32,000 bases of DNA from an uncultured Chloroflexia bacterium (GTDB taxonomy: Bacteria > Chloroflexota > Ktedonobacteria > Ktedonobacterales > JADMIN01). The DNA lies in NCBI GenBank assembly GCA_963718915.1, contig CAVRAI010000012.1:1-32000 (forward strand), in the 5' to 3' direction. The translations under genes and the position numbers were made by a program. This document shows positions 9,252 through 18,180 of this stretch, in pieces. Numbering within the stretch: the first letter of the stretch is position 1; every line of letters starts with the position of its first letter. Under the pieces are notes generated by a model. It was not told where the DNA came from and ran no database searches. It saw only the letters and a list, made by a program, of their open reading frames with translations.

Positions 9252-9287
9252 AGGTAACAAGCCTCCGTCCTATTGTAGCATGCCCAC

Positions 9288-10082
9288 TCAGGGGAGATCC
9301 GCACGATACCAGCTGGCCGCCGCATTCGCGCGCGCTTCCTCCAGATATGAAAGCTTGTCCGCCGCCGCAAGCCATCCCGAAAAGATGGCATCGGTGCAGA
9401 GCAGGATCGCCGCGGGCGGGGCAAGCTGGTCGCGCAAAGCCACACGGAGCGCCGACAAGGTCTCCGGTGTTGGCCCCGGCTCCGGCGGCCGCCATGTCAG
9501 CCCCTCGAAGGTTGTTACGCGACGGATGAATCCCCCCTCACAGAGAAGGACGAGGCCAATCGCGAGCGCATCGTCCTCATAGACGCCGAGCGCGAGCGTC
9601 GCCGGGGATGGCAATCCCGCGATGAAACGGCAAATCTCGGCATAGGTCCATCCATTCCAGTGGCCGGGATGCGGTGGCTCGCAGGCATACCCCTTTGGGT
9701 CGCCCCAGACGAGGGTATAGACCAGGTGATAGTAGGCATCAAGGGTAAGATCGCGCCGGGGCGTCGCCTGCGCCTGTCGCGCGACCTGCGCGAGATGGCG
9801 GCGGTCGATGATGTGGACGCGCTGCCACTGGCCGCGCCCGTAAAGGTCATGGGCCAGCGCCTCAGGGGCATCAATGCGGTCGGGGATCCCTTCTGGACGG
9901 CCCAGGCCTGCGGTATCCACCACTTTGAGGACGTGGCCGGCGTCGTGTAGCACGAAGAGGCCGTGCTCATCCGGCTGCGCCGCGCGAATATACTGCTGTG
10001 GGTTGAAGAACCGCCCAAGGTTGCGCCAGGTCACTGGATCAAGGTCACTCACCTGCCAGGTCGGGTCAATGATGCCAATCAT
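9288..10082 (-). CDS. Hypothetical protein (264 aa), no family recognised, translationally coupled to the GH35 gene
   Basis: The internal ATG at 10082 overlaps the GH35 stop (ATGA at 10079-10082). G/C-rich third codon positions, no TM segments. The ORF-track N-terminal extension overlaps GH35 in another frame and is Arg/Ala/Gly-rich. Confidence 0.6.
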   Translation of the reverse strand: MIGIIDPTWQVSDLDPVTWRNLGRFFNPQQYIRAAQPDEHGLFVLHDAGHVLKVVDTAGLGRPEGIPDRIDAPEALAHDLYGRGQWQRVHIIDRRHLAQVARQAQATPRRDLTLDAYYHLVYTLVWGDPKGYACEPPHPGHWNGWTYAEICRFIAGLPSPATLALGVYEDDALAIGLVLLCEGGFIRRVTTFEGLTWRPPEPGPTPETLSALRVALRDQLAPPAAILLCTDAIFSGWLAAADKLSYLEEARANAAASWYRADLP

Positions 10083-12094
10083 GCGCGCTCCTCCCAGATA
10101 TGGATGGCGTAGGGGGCAAGGTCGAGCGTCAGATGCGCGGCGTGCATGGCTTCCGCGGTGTCTCCCCATACCGGCGTCAGGCGGCGCGGCGACGCGAAGG
10201 AGATCGTCACGTGCTGCTCGCGCTCGGTCGGATTGGCGACGAAGACGAGGCGGCACTTCTTGCCCACCTGCTCGACGACCTCCACATCTGGCGCGTCCCA
10301 ACGGACGGTGGGCGGTGGCAGGTGCGCCGTGAGTGTGGTGGGGATGCACTCAGCCGCGATCCAGCCGATATGCCCTTCTCCATAGGCGATTTCGCCCGGC
10401 TCGCGGAGCGCCTCGCCCAGTATCGAGAGCGGCTGCAGATTGCTATCGAGGTATGGAACACCTGGGCCGAAGAGCAAACACCCACCATGGGAGGCGTAGT
10501 CGAGCAACTTCCGCTGATCGGCCTCATCCATGAAATCGACCATCGAGATGAACGCCAGCGGATAGCGCTGCAGCCGTTGCGGATCGATGTGGCTATCGGC
10601 GATATCGTAATCAAGCTGTCGCCGCTTGAGTTCGGTGAAGACTTTCCCCAGCCAGTTGTCAGTCTGATGGGGATCAGCCTCATGGGCGACATCCCAGCGA
10701 AAGCCGAGTTCGAGATCGACCTGGCTCAATTCGTCAGGCAACCCAAGCAGGTCCGCGTGGGCAAAGTGGAGCGTCGAAGCCATCGCCGCATAGCGTCCAA
10801 GATCGTAGTTGAGCAGCGCCAGCGCCTGAGGTTGGCGGCGAAACGCGCCAAGTGGATACCGCTGGAGGAAGGCGGAGAGACGCCGATAGAAGTCGGAGTA
10901 GCCGGGACGATAGGCGCCGTGGCGCGTGATTGGGCTGCCCTGCCAGCGCTCGCGCTCGACCAGCATATAGAACGTGACGGCGCGCATCCCGTGCATCAAC
11001 GCGGCCAGCGTCACAAATTCCTGCTCGTCTGGCGTCGGCGTTTCAGGGTGATGGCTCCAAATGCCGCTGACGAACTCGGGCACGTAGGGCAACCGGGTCG
11101 TGCCCGCCTGATAGCGCATGCGTTGCACAGTGCCCGCGTAGCCATGCGGGATGCGGTAGTTATTGATGCCCACCCAGTCAATCGCGGGATCAGCCTCCAG
11201 GCGTGCAATATCGAGCGGGGTGCGATACTGGAAGGCGACATCGTGAAAGATCGGAACGCCCCGCACGCCTCGCTCGCGCAGCATCCGTGCGACCCGCGTT
11301 ACTCCTTCATGAAGGTAGCGCTCCTTATATTCTACCCAGTCACGGCGCCAGGGCACGTCGGCCCGCGTGCGAATCTCGCTATCGTGCGGTGGGTCGATCT
11401 CTGAGAACTCCCGATGTGCGCAGCCATAGACCGCGTTGAGTTGCGCGATAGTTCCGTAGCGCTCGCCGAGGAACCGCTGATAAGCCGCGATGGAGTCGGG
11501 GCTGTAGTCGGTAGCGTACGCCTGATCGTGGAACATATAGCAGGTTTCGTTGTCACTTTGCACCGCGACGATGCAGCCATTCGGCGCCAGGTGACGCGCG
11601 ATGATCGGGCAGACGGCATCGAACCAGCTCCCAACCGCCTGATAGAACGCCGGGCTGGCATAGGAGGGAACGGGATACGGACGCGGCGGATGGAAGCCCC
11701 AGGCCGCATCCAGATGCAGGCTGCCAACAGCGGTCTGCGCCTGAATCGCGGGATCGAGCAGTATCCACTCGGGGAAACCGAAATCGGTCAACTCGGCGTT
11801 GATGAGCGGGCCGGGCCGTACCAGCAGGTACATGCCGCGCGCCTCACATAACTGGCAAAAGACCTCGAAGGCTTTACGTGGGTCGCCCACCCCCCAATCG
11901 AATACGCCCGGCGCGGTCTCGTGCACCGACCAGGGGACATACGTCTCGATCATCCCGAACCCAAGCGCCTGCACCCGGTCGAGGATCAGCGGCCAGCGTT
12001 CGCGTTCGAGCCGCCAGTAGTGGACGGTTCCGGAGTAGACGGGAACCTGTTTCCCGTCGATATCCAGCCCGTGATCTGTGAGGGTAACGGACAA
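10079..12094 (-). CDS. Glycoside hydrolase family 35 beta-galactosidase
   Basis: GKQVPVYSGTVHYWRLERERWPLILDRVQALGFGMIETYVPWSVHETAPGVFDW..LLVRPGPLINAELTDFGFPEW, plus SDNE and PEFVSGIW (candidate acid/base and nucleophile Glu). TTG start at 12094 with AAAGGA 7 nt upstream. No nearby in-frame ATG. Confidence 0.85.
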   Translation of the reverse strand: MSVTLTDHGLDIDGKQVPVYSGTVHYWRLERERWPLILDRVQALGFGMIETYVPWSVHETAPGVFDWGVGDPRKAFEVFCQLCEARGMYLLVRPGPLINAELTDFGFPEWILLDPAIQAQTAVGSLHLDAAWGFHPPRPYPVPSYASPAFYQAVGSWFDAVCPIIARHLAPNGCIVAVQSDNETCYMFHDQAYATDYSPDSIAAYQRFLGERYGTIAQLNAVYGCAHREFSEIDPPHDSEIRTRADVPWRRDWVEYKERYLHEGVTRVARMLRERGVRGVPIFHDVAFQYRTPLDIARLEADPAIDWVGINNYRIPHGYAGTVQRMRYQAGTTRLPYVPEFVSGIWSHHPETPTPDEQEFVTLAALMHGMRAVTFYMLVERERWQGSPITRHGAYRPGYSDFYRRLSAFLQRYPLGAFRRQPQALALLNYDLGRYAAMASTLHFAHADLLGLPDELSQVDLELGFRWDVAHEADPHQTDNWLGKVFTELKRRQLDYDIADSHIDPQRLQRYPLAFISMVDFMDEADQRKLLDYASHGGCLLFGPGVPYLDSNLQPLSILGEALREPGEIAYGEGHIGWIAAECIPTTLTAHLPPPTVRWDAPDVEVVEQVGKKCRLVFVANPTEREQHVTISFASPRRLTPVWGDTAEAMHAAHLTLDLAPYAIHIWEERA

Positions 12095-12098
12095 CCTT

Positions 12099-12938
12099 TT
12101 ATCCTTTCACGGCCCCCGCGGTCAGGCCAGCCACGATCTGACGCTCGGCCAGGAGATAGATAGCAATCGCCGGGATCATCGCCACCGTGACAAACGCGAG
12201 TACCGCGGCCCAATCGGTCGAGTACTGCTGCTGGAACTGCAACGCCCCCAGTGGGAGCGTCCACGTCGAGTCGTCGTTCAGAACGAGCAGCGGCAAGAGG
12301 AAGTTATTCCAGCTGGCGACGGCGGCCAGCATGCTCACCACAGCGAGGGCGGGGCGACACAGCGGCAGGAGCACGCGCCAGAAGAAGCCCAGGGTTGATG
12401 CGCCGTCAATCGTTGCGGCATCTTCGAGTTCGCGCGGAACCGCACGGAAGAAATTGCGCAGAATCAGGATGGTGGTTGGCAGGGCAAACGCGGCCTGCGG
12501 CAGAATGACCCCCCACAACGAATCCAGCAGACCCAGCGACCGAATTGTGATATAGAGCGGTAATACGGCAACTGTGAGCGGGAAGAGCAGGCCAAAAAGG
12601 AAGACGTTGAAGACCAGTTCTCGCCCTGGAAATGAGATGCGCGCCAGGACAAACGCCGCTGGCGAGGCCGCGAGAAGCAGGACCGCGAGCGTCCCGCCGA
12701 CCGTCAGCAGGCTATTGATGAGCTCGCCCCAAAACGGACTTCCTCCCGCCAGAACGCGGCCAAAGTTCTCCCAGTGCAGGGTCTTCGGGATGCTGAAAGG
12801 CTCAGTCAGTAGCTCGCCATTCGTGCGCAGCCCACCCAATGCTGTGGCAAGTAAAGGAATGAGGACGATAGCCGCCACGACGGAACAAATGGCTAATGCG
12901 GGCAGCCAGGCGCCTGATCGTCTGGTGAAGGCGCGCAT
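12099..12938 (-). CDS. Carbohydrate ABC transporter permease (MalG-like, CUT1)
   Basis: Six TM helices and an EAA-loop region ELEDAATIDGASTLGFFWRVLLPLCRPAL. Confidence 0.9.
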   Translation of the reverse strand: MRAFTRRSGAWLPALAICSVVAAIVLIPLLATALGGLRTNGELLTEPFSIPKTLHWENFGRVLAGGSPFWGELINSLLTVGGTLAVLLLAASPAAFVLARISFPGRELVFNVFLFGLLFPLTVAVLPLYITIRSLGLLDSLWGVILPQAAFALPTTILILRNFFRAVPRELEDAATIDGASTLGFFWRVLLPLCRPALAVVSMLAAVASWNNFLLPLLVLNDDSTWTLPLGALQFQQQYSTDWAAVLAFVTVAMIPAIAIYLLAERQIVAGLTAGAVKG

Positions 12939-12962
12939 GAAAGGTCTCCTCTTCTGTCCCGG

Positions 12963-13913
12963 TTACAGCGCCGAGCTGCCGCTGAGATCCTGCCGCATGA
13001 TGACACGCTGATAGAGCAGCGCGAAGATCAGGCACAGGACAAACATGACCACTCCGACGGCGCTCCCATAGCCGAGCGCGAACTGCTGGAGGCCAAAATG
13101 GATCTGATAGGTGGCCATCGTCTCGCTGGCAAAGACCGGCCCGCCGTCACTCATCACCCAGATGAGGTCGAAGTATTGCAGCGATCCCAATATCGAGAGG
13201 AAGACCGAGAGCCGGATCGTGCTGCCCAGCAGTGGCAGCGTGACATGGCGTGCGATCTGCCAGGAGTTTGCGCCATCAATCTGTGCCGCCTCGATCACCT
13301 CCTCGGGAATATTCTGTAAGCCCGCGACATAGAGAACGAGATGGAATCCGAAATACTTCCAGCACATCGCGACAAATATCGCCAGCAGCACGGTATGCGT
13401 GTCGGCGAGGTATGCCGGAGGCGTCGCATTGGGATTGATCTGGTGCAGGAGACCCGCAACCAGGCCGCTCGACGGGTTATAGATGAATGACCAGATGAGG
13501 CCGGTGACGACCTCAGAAAGGATATAAGGCAGGAAGAACACAGTGCGGAAGAATGTGCGGCCTGGCATCTTTCGGTTGATGAGCAATGCCAGCACAAGCG
13601 CCGACGGCAGTTGCACAAGCAGTGAAAGCGCCGCGATCAGCGCGTTATTCTTCACGGCTGTCAGGAAGACAGGATCGCGGAAGAGCGTCTGATAGTTTTT
13701 GAGGCCGGTATAGTCGTCGAGAGCGCCGAGGCCACTCCAGTGATAGAGGCTGTAGTGAGCGGCCTGTACCACAGGAATAACGACGAACAGCACGAACAGC
13801 GCCAGGCTGGGCAGCAGGAAGAGAATGACTGTCGCGGCTTTGCTCCATTGTCGGCGCCGACGCTGCGCGAGGACACGCCCTTTCGACGCGGGGAGCGACA
13901 TAGTTAATCGCAC
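12963..13913 (-). CDS. Carbohydrate ABC transporter permease (MalF-like, CUT1)
   Basis: TM-rich with an EAA loop EVIEAAQIDGANSWQIARHVTLPLL. A GTG start at 13913 has GGGAG 10 nt upstream. ATG at 13901 is an alternative. Confidence 0.88.
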   Translation of the reverse strand: MRLTMSLPASKGRVLAQRRRRQWSKAATVILFLLPSLALFVLFVVIPVVQAAHYSLYHWSGLGALDDYTGLKNYQTLFRDPVFLTAVKNNALIAALSLLVQLPSALVLALLINRKMPGRTFFRTVFFLPYILSEVVTGLIWSFIYNPSSGLVAGLLHQINPNATPPAYLADTHTVLLAIFVAMCWKYFGFHLVLYVAGLQNIPEEVIEAAQIDGANSWQIARHVTLPLLGSTIRLSVFLSILGSLQYFDLIWVMSDGGPVFASETMATYQIHFGLQQFALGYGSAVGVVMFVLCLIFALLYQRVIMRQDLSGSSAL

Positions 13914-13997
13914 CTGACAGATGCTCCCTTTCCTGCTACACGGTGAATTGCGATGCTGTACGGAGACTGGCGAGATAGAGGCCTACCCCGCCAGCGC

Positions 13998-14023
13998 GCG
14001 ACTGGAGACTCGTAACGAGTCGC
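13998..14023 (-). promoter_or_regulatory. Intercistronic hairpin between the binding-protein and permease genes
   Basis: GACTCG-taa-CGAGTC at 14007-14021, with alternative outer pairing GCGACT (13998-14003) / AGTCGC (14018-14023). The position resembles mRNA-stabilising stem-loops after SBP genes. Confidence 0.3.
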
Positions 14024-14041
14024 ATTGGGAATCAACGAGGA

Positions 14042-15316
14042 TCAACCACCACTGGCGGCTACCGCGTCGATTGCGGCGGCTGCGGCCTGCGGAGTCGCAC
14101 TCCCCGCGAAGAGGGCCTGTGTCTGGTCGTTCACGGTATTGCCTACCGCTGGTGACATAAACTGGTCGTAGTAGAGCTGGTAGTATGGCGCATTGCCGAC
14201 GAGCTGAGCCACCGCCTGCAAGTTTGGATCAGTGACCGCGCTCAGCGCGCCCTTGACCGGGGGCAGCAGGGCGCCTTTCTGCGCCAGAGACTGCTGGTTT
14301 GCGGAGCTTGTCAGGAACTTGACGAAGTCTACCGCCGCGGCAGGAGCGTTCTTGCCAATGCCGAATCCGTTGCCGCCACCCAGCACATCGGTTGGGTTGC
14401 CCTGCTCGTTTGGCAGTGTGGGGAAGGGGAAGAAGCCAAGTTCCTGACCCTTCTTATCCGTAGAAGCCGCGGCATCGTTGGAGGGCGCCCATTGGCCCAT
14501 CAGTTCCATCGCCGCTTTGCCATTGCCCATGAGCGCCTGGTGATCGTTGTAGCTGGCGCCCAGAACGCCGTTCTCGAAGGGCTTCAACGCGACAAGTTGC
14601 TGGAGATACTGGCCCGCCTGAACGAATGCGGGATCGGTGAACGCTCCGCCGTTTCGCGTGAAGGCCTTGTTGAAGGCATCTTTGCCGCCGAGACGTACAG
14701 CAAGATACTCCCAGTAGAAAGCGCCCGGCCACTTATCTTTCTCGCCCAGTGCAATCGGCGTGATGCCCGCCGCCTTGAGCTTGCCGATATCGGCCACGAA
14801 GTCATCCCATGTCACGGGAGGCGTAGTAATTCCCGCTTTGGTGAAGAGCGCTTTGTTGTACCAGAAACCTACCGCGCCCACATCCCACGGCACGCCGTAG
14901 TACTTGCCGTTGTAGCTATACAGGTTGAGCGCCGCGGTGCTGAAGGTGTCGCCCCAACCGCCAGATTGCAGCTCAGGCGTGATGTCTTTCATCAACCCGG
15001 CTTTGGCATACTGCTGCAGCACGCCACCGCCCCAACTCTGGAAGATATCGGGCGGCGTTCCAGCCTGCATGGCTGTGTTCAGTTTCGTCTTGAACGGGTC
15101 GTTCTCGATGACGGTGATCTTGATGGTCACGTTGGGATGCGCGGCCATGTATTGATTGGCAAGATCCTGCCAGGCAGACTTCAACGGATCGGTGGTGTTG
15201 ATATGCCACCAGTTGATGGTGACTTTACCAGATCCGGCAGAAGTACTGCTTCCGCAGGCAACCAGGAAAGTTGCGATGATCGCCAGAAGGGAAAGAAGCG
15301 CAAGAACACGTTTCAT
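14042..15316 (-). CDS. ABC transporter extracellular solute-binding protein (family 1, sugar), lipoprotein
   Basis: Signal peptide plus lipobox LLAIIATFLVAC-GSS. The length and W/Y/G/K-rich pattern are typical of CUT1 binding proteins. AGGAG lies upstream of the ATG at 15316. Confidence 0.9.
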   Translation of the reverse strand: MKRVLALLSLLAIIATFLVACGSSTSAGSGKVTINWWHINTTDPLKSAWQDLANQYMAAHPNVTIKITVIENDPFKTKLNTAMQAGTPPDIFQSWGGGVLQQYAKAGLMKDITPELQSGGWGDTFSTAALNLYSYNGKYYGVPWDVGAVGFWYNKALFTKAGITTPPVTWDDFVADIGKLKAAGITPIALGEKDKWPGAFYWEYLAVRLGGKDAFNKAFTRNGGAFTDPAFVQAGQYLQQLVALKPFENGVLGASYNDHQALMGNGKAAMELMGQWAPSNDAAASTDKKGQELGFFPFPTLPNEQGNPTDVLGGGNGFGIGKNAPAAAVDFVKFLTSSANQQSLAQKGALLPPVKGALSAVTDPNLQAVAQLVGNAPYYQLYYDQFMSPAVGNTVNDQTQALFAGSATPQAAAAAIDAVAASGG

Positions 15317-15613
15317 GGTTGGTTGTGCTCCTTGAAGTGGACAGCAACGCTGCTTGGCACACGTAATGGCGCAAAAAGAGGGAACACCCTGGCGTCACGT
15401 GGCCAGGATGGCTATACTGTACGTGTCGGGTCTGGCGACTTTGGTACCCCGATATGTTTGACAGCGCATCAGGTCCGGAGTCGCCGCCTTCTCCTACTCC
15501 TTTCCCCCGATTCAGTGCTACGAAAAACAACGCATCAAAACCGGACTAGTATCGTCAGGTTCGGCGAACGATTCCGGTGAGAAGCGGGCCGATCTGGCCA
15601 CGCGCCAATCACC

Positions 15614-16642
15614 CTACGACGCCGATGGCGCCTGACACGATGCGCGGATACTCAAAGTGGTCGGCAGCTCGATCCGCTTCACGCCAGCATCTGGCGTTTC
15701 GATATAGTTGAAGAGCAGTTCCACTGCGGCGCGCCCCATCTCAGCCAGCGGCTGGCGCACCGTCGTCAGGCCCGGATGCACCTGTCCAGCCTGGGGGATG
15801 TCATCAAAGCCCAGCACGGAGATATCGTCAGGGATACGCAGGCCACGGCTGCGCACCGCCTCCATCACACCGAACGCCGAGACATCATTGGAGGCGAAGA
15901 TCGCTGTCGGCGGCTCGGCGAGATCGAGCAACTCATTCGCGCAGGTATACGCACGCGGCTGAAAAAAATCGCCCTCGCGCACCAGCGCCGGATCGGCTGG
16001 CAAACCCGCCGCATGCAGCGCCTGCTGATAGCCCACCAGACGATCACGCGTGCAGCCGAGGGCCATATCACCGGTGATGAAGCCGATACGCCGATGCCCC
16101 AATTCGATGAGATAGCGGGCGCCATCGTAACCACCCTGCAAGTTCGTAGCGCCCACCGAGGGGACATCGAATCCCAGGCCCTGGTGGTCTACCAGCACAT
16201 AGGGGAATCCACGATGGCGCAGTGTTTCGAGATAGGCCTCGGCGTTGCGCGGCAAGACGAGCAAAAGGCCATCCACCAGGTTGCGGGTCAGTCGGGTGAC
16301 ATAGGCGGACTCGCGCCCCTTACGGCGGTGCGTCGTATAGAGCATCAGGTCGTACTGCATCGCCGAGAGTTCTTCGTCCACGCCGCGCGCGATCTCACCG
16401 AAATACTCGACGGTGAGACTGTGGACGAGCAATCCAATGATGTTCGACTTCCCCCCGGCCAGACTACGCGCCTGGAGGTTCGCCACATAGCCAAGCTCCG
16501 CCATCGTCCGCAGCACTCGCTCGCGCTTATCGGCGCTGACACCCTTATTGTTGATGACCCGCGAGACCGTCGAGTAGGAGACATCCGCCTCGCGGGCCAC
16601 ATCGAAGATGGTGACATCCTGGGTGGGGAGCTTGCGTACCAT
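15614..16642 (-). CDS. LacI-family transcriptional regulator (342 aa)
   Basis: N-terminal [26 protein letters not shown] followed by a periplasmic-binding-protein-like sugar-binding fold. Start placed at the internal ATG 16642 ([10 protein letters not shown]). Confidence 0.9.
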   Translation of the reverse strand: MVRKLPTQDVTIFDVAREADVSYSTVSRVINNKGVSADKRERVLRTMAELGYVANLQARSLAGGKSNIIGLLVHSLTVEYFGEIARGVDEELSAMQYDLMLYTTHRRKGRESAYVTRLTRNLVDGLLLVLPRNAEAYLETLRHRGFPYVLVDHQGLGFDVPSVGATNLQGGYDGARYLIELGHRRIGFITGDMALGCTRDRLVGYQQALHAAGLPADPALVREGDFFQPRAYTCANELLDLAEPPTAIFASNDVSAFGVMEAVRSRGLRIPDDISVLGFDDIPQAGQVHPGLTTVRQPLAEMGRAAVELLFNYIETPDAGVKRIELPTTLSIRASCQAPSAS

Positions 16643-16654
16643 GGCACTCTCACT

Positions 16655-16670
16655 TTGCAAGCGCTTGCAA
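16655..16670. promoter_or_regulatory. LacI-family operator, perfect 16-bp palindrome TTGCAAGCGCTTGCAA
   Basis: Exact palindrome 13 nt upstream of the LacI-family start. It fits the generic TGnAAnCGnTTnCA LacI/GalR operator consensus. Confidence 0.6.
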
Positions 16671-16816
16671 CGGTTTGACGGAAGGATACCAGTGAACCTG
16701 CCATTCGTCAAGCCCCCTTCGCAAAATTCATAGCGAAATCCCTGATTTTATGGGCATTCATATATTGTCGAGATTGCAAAACATACACGTGGTCGAGGTT
16801 GCATTGCCGAGTGCTC

Positions 16817-16831
16817 TTGCAAGCGCATTCA
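16817..16831. promoter_or_regulatory. Second, imperfect LacI-type operator-like site TTGCAAGCGCATTCA
   Basis: The left half is identical to the perfect operator and the right half is degenerate. It lies about 160 bp upstream of the first site. Confidence 0.3.
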
Positions 16832-17410
16832 TAACGGTGTGACGGTTGAGGAAGGCCAGAGAGGACGGCGCTGACGTGCCCCACATGGCGCGTTGGGGCG
16901 TTGCCATCAGCGCTGCGCTATCAATGCCCATCTGGTGCGGATGCCAGTCGGGCCGCACCGTGTCCCTGTCAACAACTGCCTCAATAGCCGCCAGGCGCCT
17001 GGGCGTCATCATATGGTCCGAAGGTCGTATCTCTTCACGAGCACATACCCACCGTATATCTCGAATCCCCACCATTTTTTGCACTTTTGGCTCATGGCGG
17101 TTGAGGAGAGACTTGTTACGATGCACCGCGTGCCATAACGGTCAGACCAGCATGATTGCCCGCGCAATCTTCTGGAAAGGAGGCCTAACCTCAAGGTGAG
17201 GTCTGGTTCATGGCTGACGCCAGGGAGACCGCCCCCAAGCGGGATAGCGCACCCTCGGACGCGCAGTGGTGAGCGTCCGTAGCGGTCATCTGTTGCCGTG
17301 TGAAGGAGTTGCTGGAGTCTGGAGTAAGGCAGGAAAGAGGGCATCTCCGCGAGCCGCCACGGAGTGGAGAGGAGGTGGAAAAGTTGTCAGATCGCGGAGG
17401 GAACCTTCAT

Positions 17411-18130
17411 ATGGTCGCAACGCGGCCAGCGAAGACATTCCGCCAACGCCTCTATGACTTCCTGGATCATCGGCGCGATATGATCGCGCTCGTCGTCGTC
17501 CTGCTCCTGTTGCAGGCGCCTATCTACCTGCTCAGCAACGGCCTTACGATCAATGACGTCCTGCGCGAGAGTGGCCTGTCAGGTGGCGCGACGGGTGGTA
17601 GTTCCACCGAGGCGGGCGGACCCGACTGGCTCGCGATCCTCATCGCGACCGCGGCGGTCATCTGCCTAGTATTGGGCCGCCGCGTCTGGCTCCGATGGCT
17701 GACGATCATTGCGGCAAGCATCCAGACGCTCCTGGTGATCCTGTTTACACTTGTACTTGTCGCCACTATCGGTCTCAAGGCGCAGACTGGAGTGCGCTTG
17801 CTGCAAGACAGCGTGGTGGTCTGGGTAAGCATCACCATGCTGTTCGCGCTCTGGTACTGGCTGATCGAGAGCGCCTCTGCCCAGGAGAAGGCCGCTGGAA
17901 AAGCCCACGACATCGTGTTCGCCGAGAGAGACCTGGCGACGTCGGCGGAAAGCGCGTGGCGGCCACACATCATCGACTACGTCTACCTGTCCTTCACTAT
18001 CAGCACCAGATTCAGTCCAGGTTCAGCGATCATGCTCTCCCGCCGGGCGAAGCTGATCCAGATGCTCCACACCATCCTGTCCATACTCGTTCTGCTCGTG
18101 ATCGCGGCCAGAGCCGTCGGCATCGCGTGA
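17411..18130 (+). CDS. DUF1345-like integral membrane protein (239 aa)
   Basis: GGAGGG lies 9 nt upstream of the ATG at 17411. Several TM helices. The C-terminal pattern IIDYVYLSFTISTRFSPGSAIMLSRRAKLIQMLHTILSILVLLVIAARAV resembles the DUF1345 signature as I recall it (FxYFSFTIGxTFQxSDV..SxxxRRxxLxHxxLSF). Confidence 0.55.
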   Translation: MVATRPAKTFRQRLYDFLDHRRDMIALVVVLLLLQAPIYLLSNGLTINDVLRESGLSGGATGGSSTEAGGPDWLAILIATAAVICLVLGRRVWLRWLTIIAASIQTLLVILFTLVLVATIGLKAQTGVRLLQDSVVVWVSITMLFALWYWLIESASAQEKAAGKAHDIVFAERDLATSAESAWRPHIIDYVYLSFTISTRFSPGSAIMLSRRAKLIQMLHTILSILVLLVIAARAVGIA

Positions 18131-18180
18131 TCGCGGCCAGCGCTGTGAATGACCACAAACGATGACCAAGGAGGATTGCA

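Noticed and set aside
10083-10349. N-terminal 89-codon extension of the 353-aa ORF (9288-10349)
   Set aside because: It overlaps the GH35 C-terminus in another frame and is Arg/Gly/Ala-rich. The internal ATG at 10082 forms an ATGA overlap with the GH35 stop, which is the more economical gene model.
10100-11404. 434-aa plus-strand ORF, and similar long ORFs: 177-1007(-), 1531-2247(+), 3577-4053(+), 5774-6424(+), 8370-9134(+), 14492-15580(+), 15776-16678(+), 19626-20882(+), 22713-24044(+), 28713-29678(+)
   Set aside because: Each lies antisense to, or out of frame within, a gene with clear family motifs. Their products are Arg/Ala/Gly/Pro-rich low-complexity strings with no SD. These are typical shadow ORFs of GC-rich DNA.
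17061-17074. tRNA-like 3' end (TCGAATCCCCACCA followed by a T-run)
   Set aside because: The flanking sequence cannot form a T-arm (TATAT versus CCCCA do not pair) or an acceptor stem, so no cloverleaf is possible.
16758-17126. 122-aa minus-strand ORF (GTG start) as a CDS
   Set aside because: No SD, no recognisable family, and it is overlapped by two plus-strand ORFs of similar length. Only its central part has coding-like composition. It is treated as a possible gene remnant, not annotated as a gene.
17130-17410. Known riboswitch upstream of the DUF1345-like gene
   Set aside because: I compared it by eye with the core motifs I remember for the TPP, cobalamin, glycine, fluoride, ZTP, Mn, guanidine and c-di-GMP classes and found no convincing match. 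Only generic hairpins are present.
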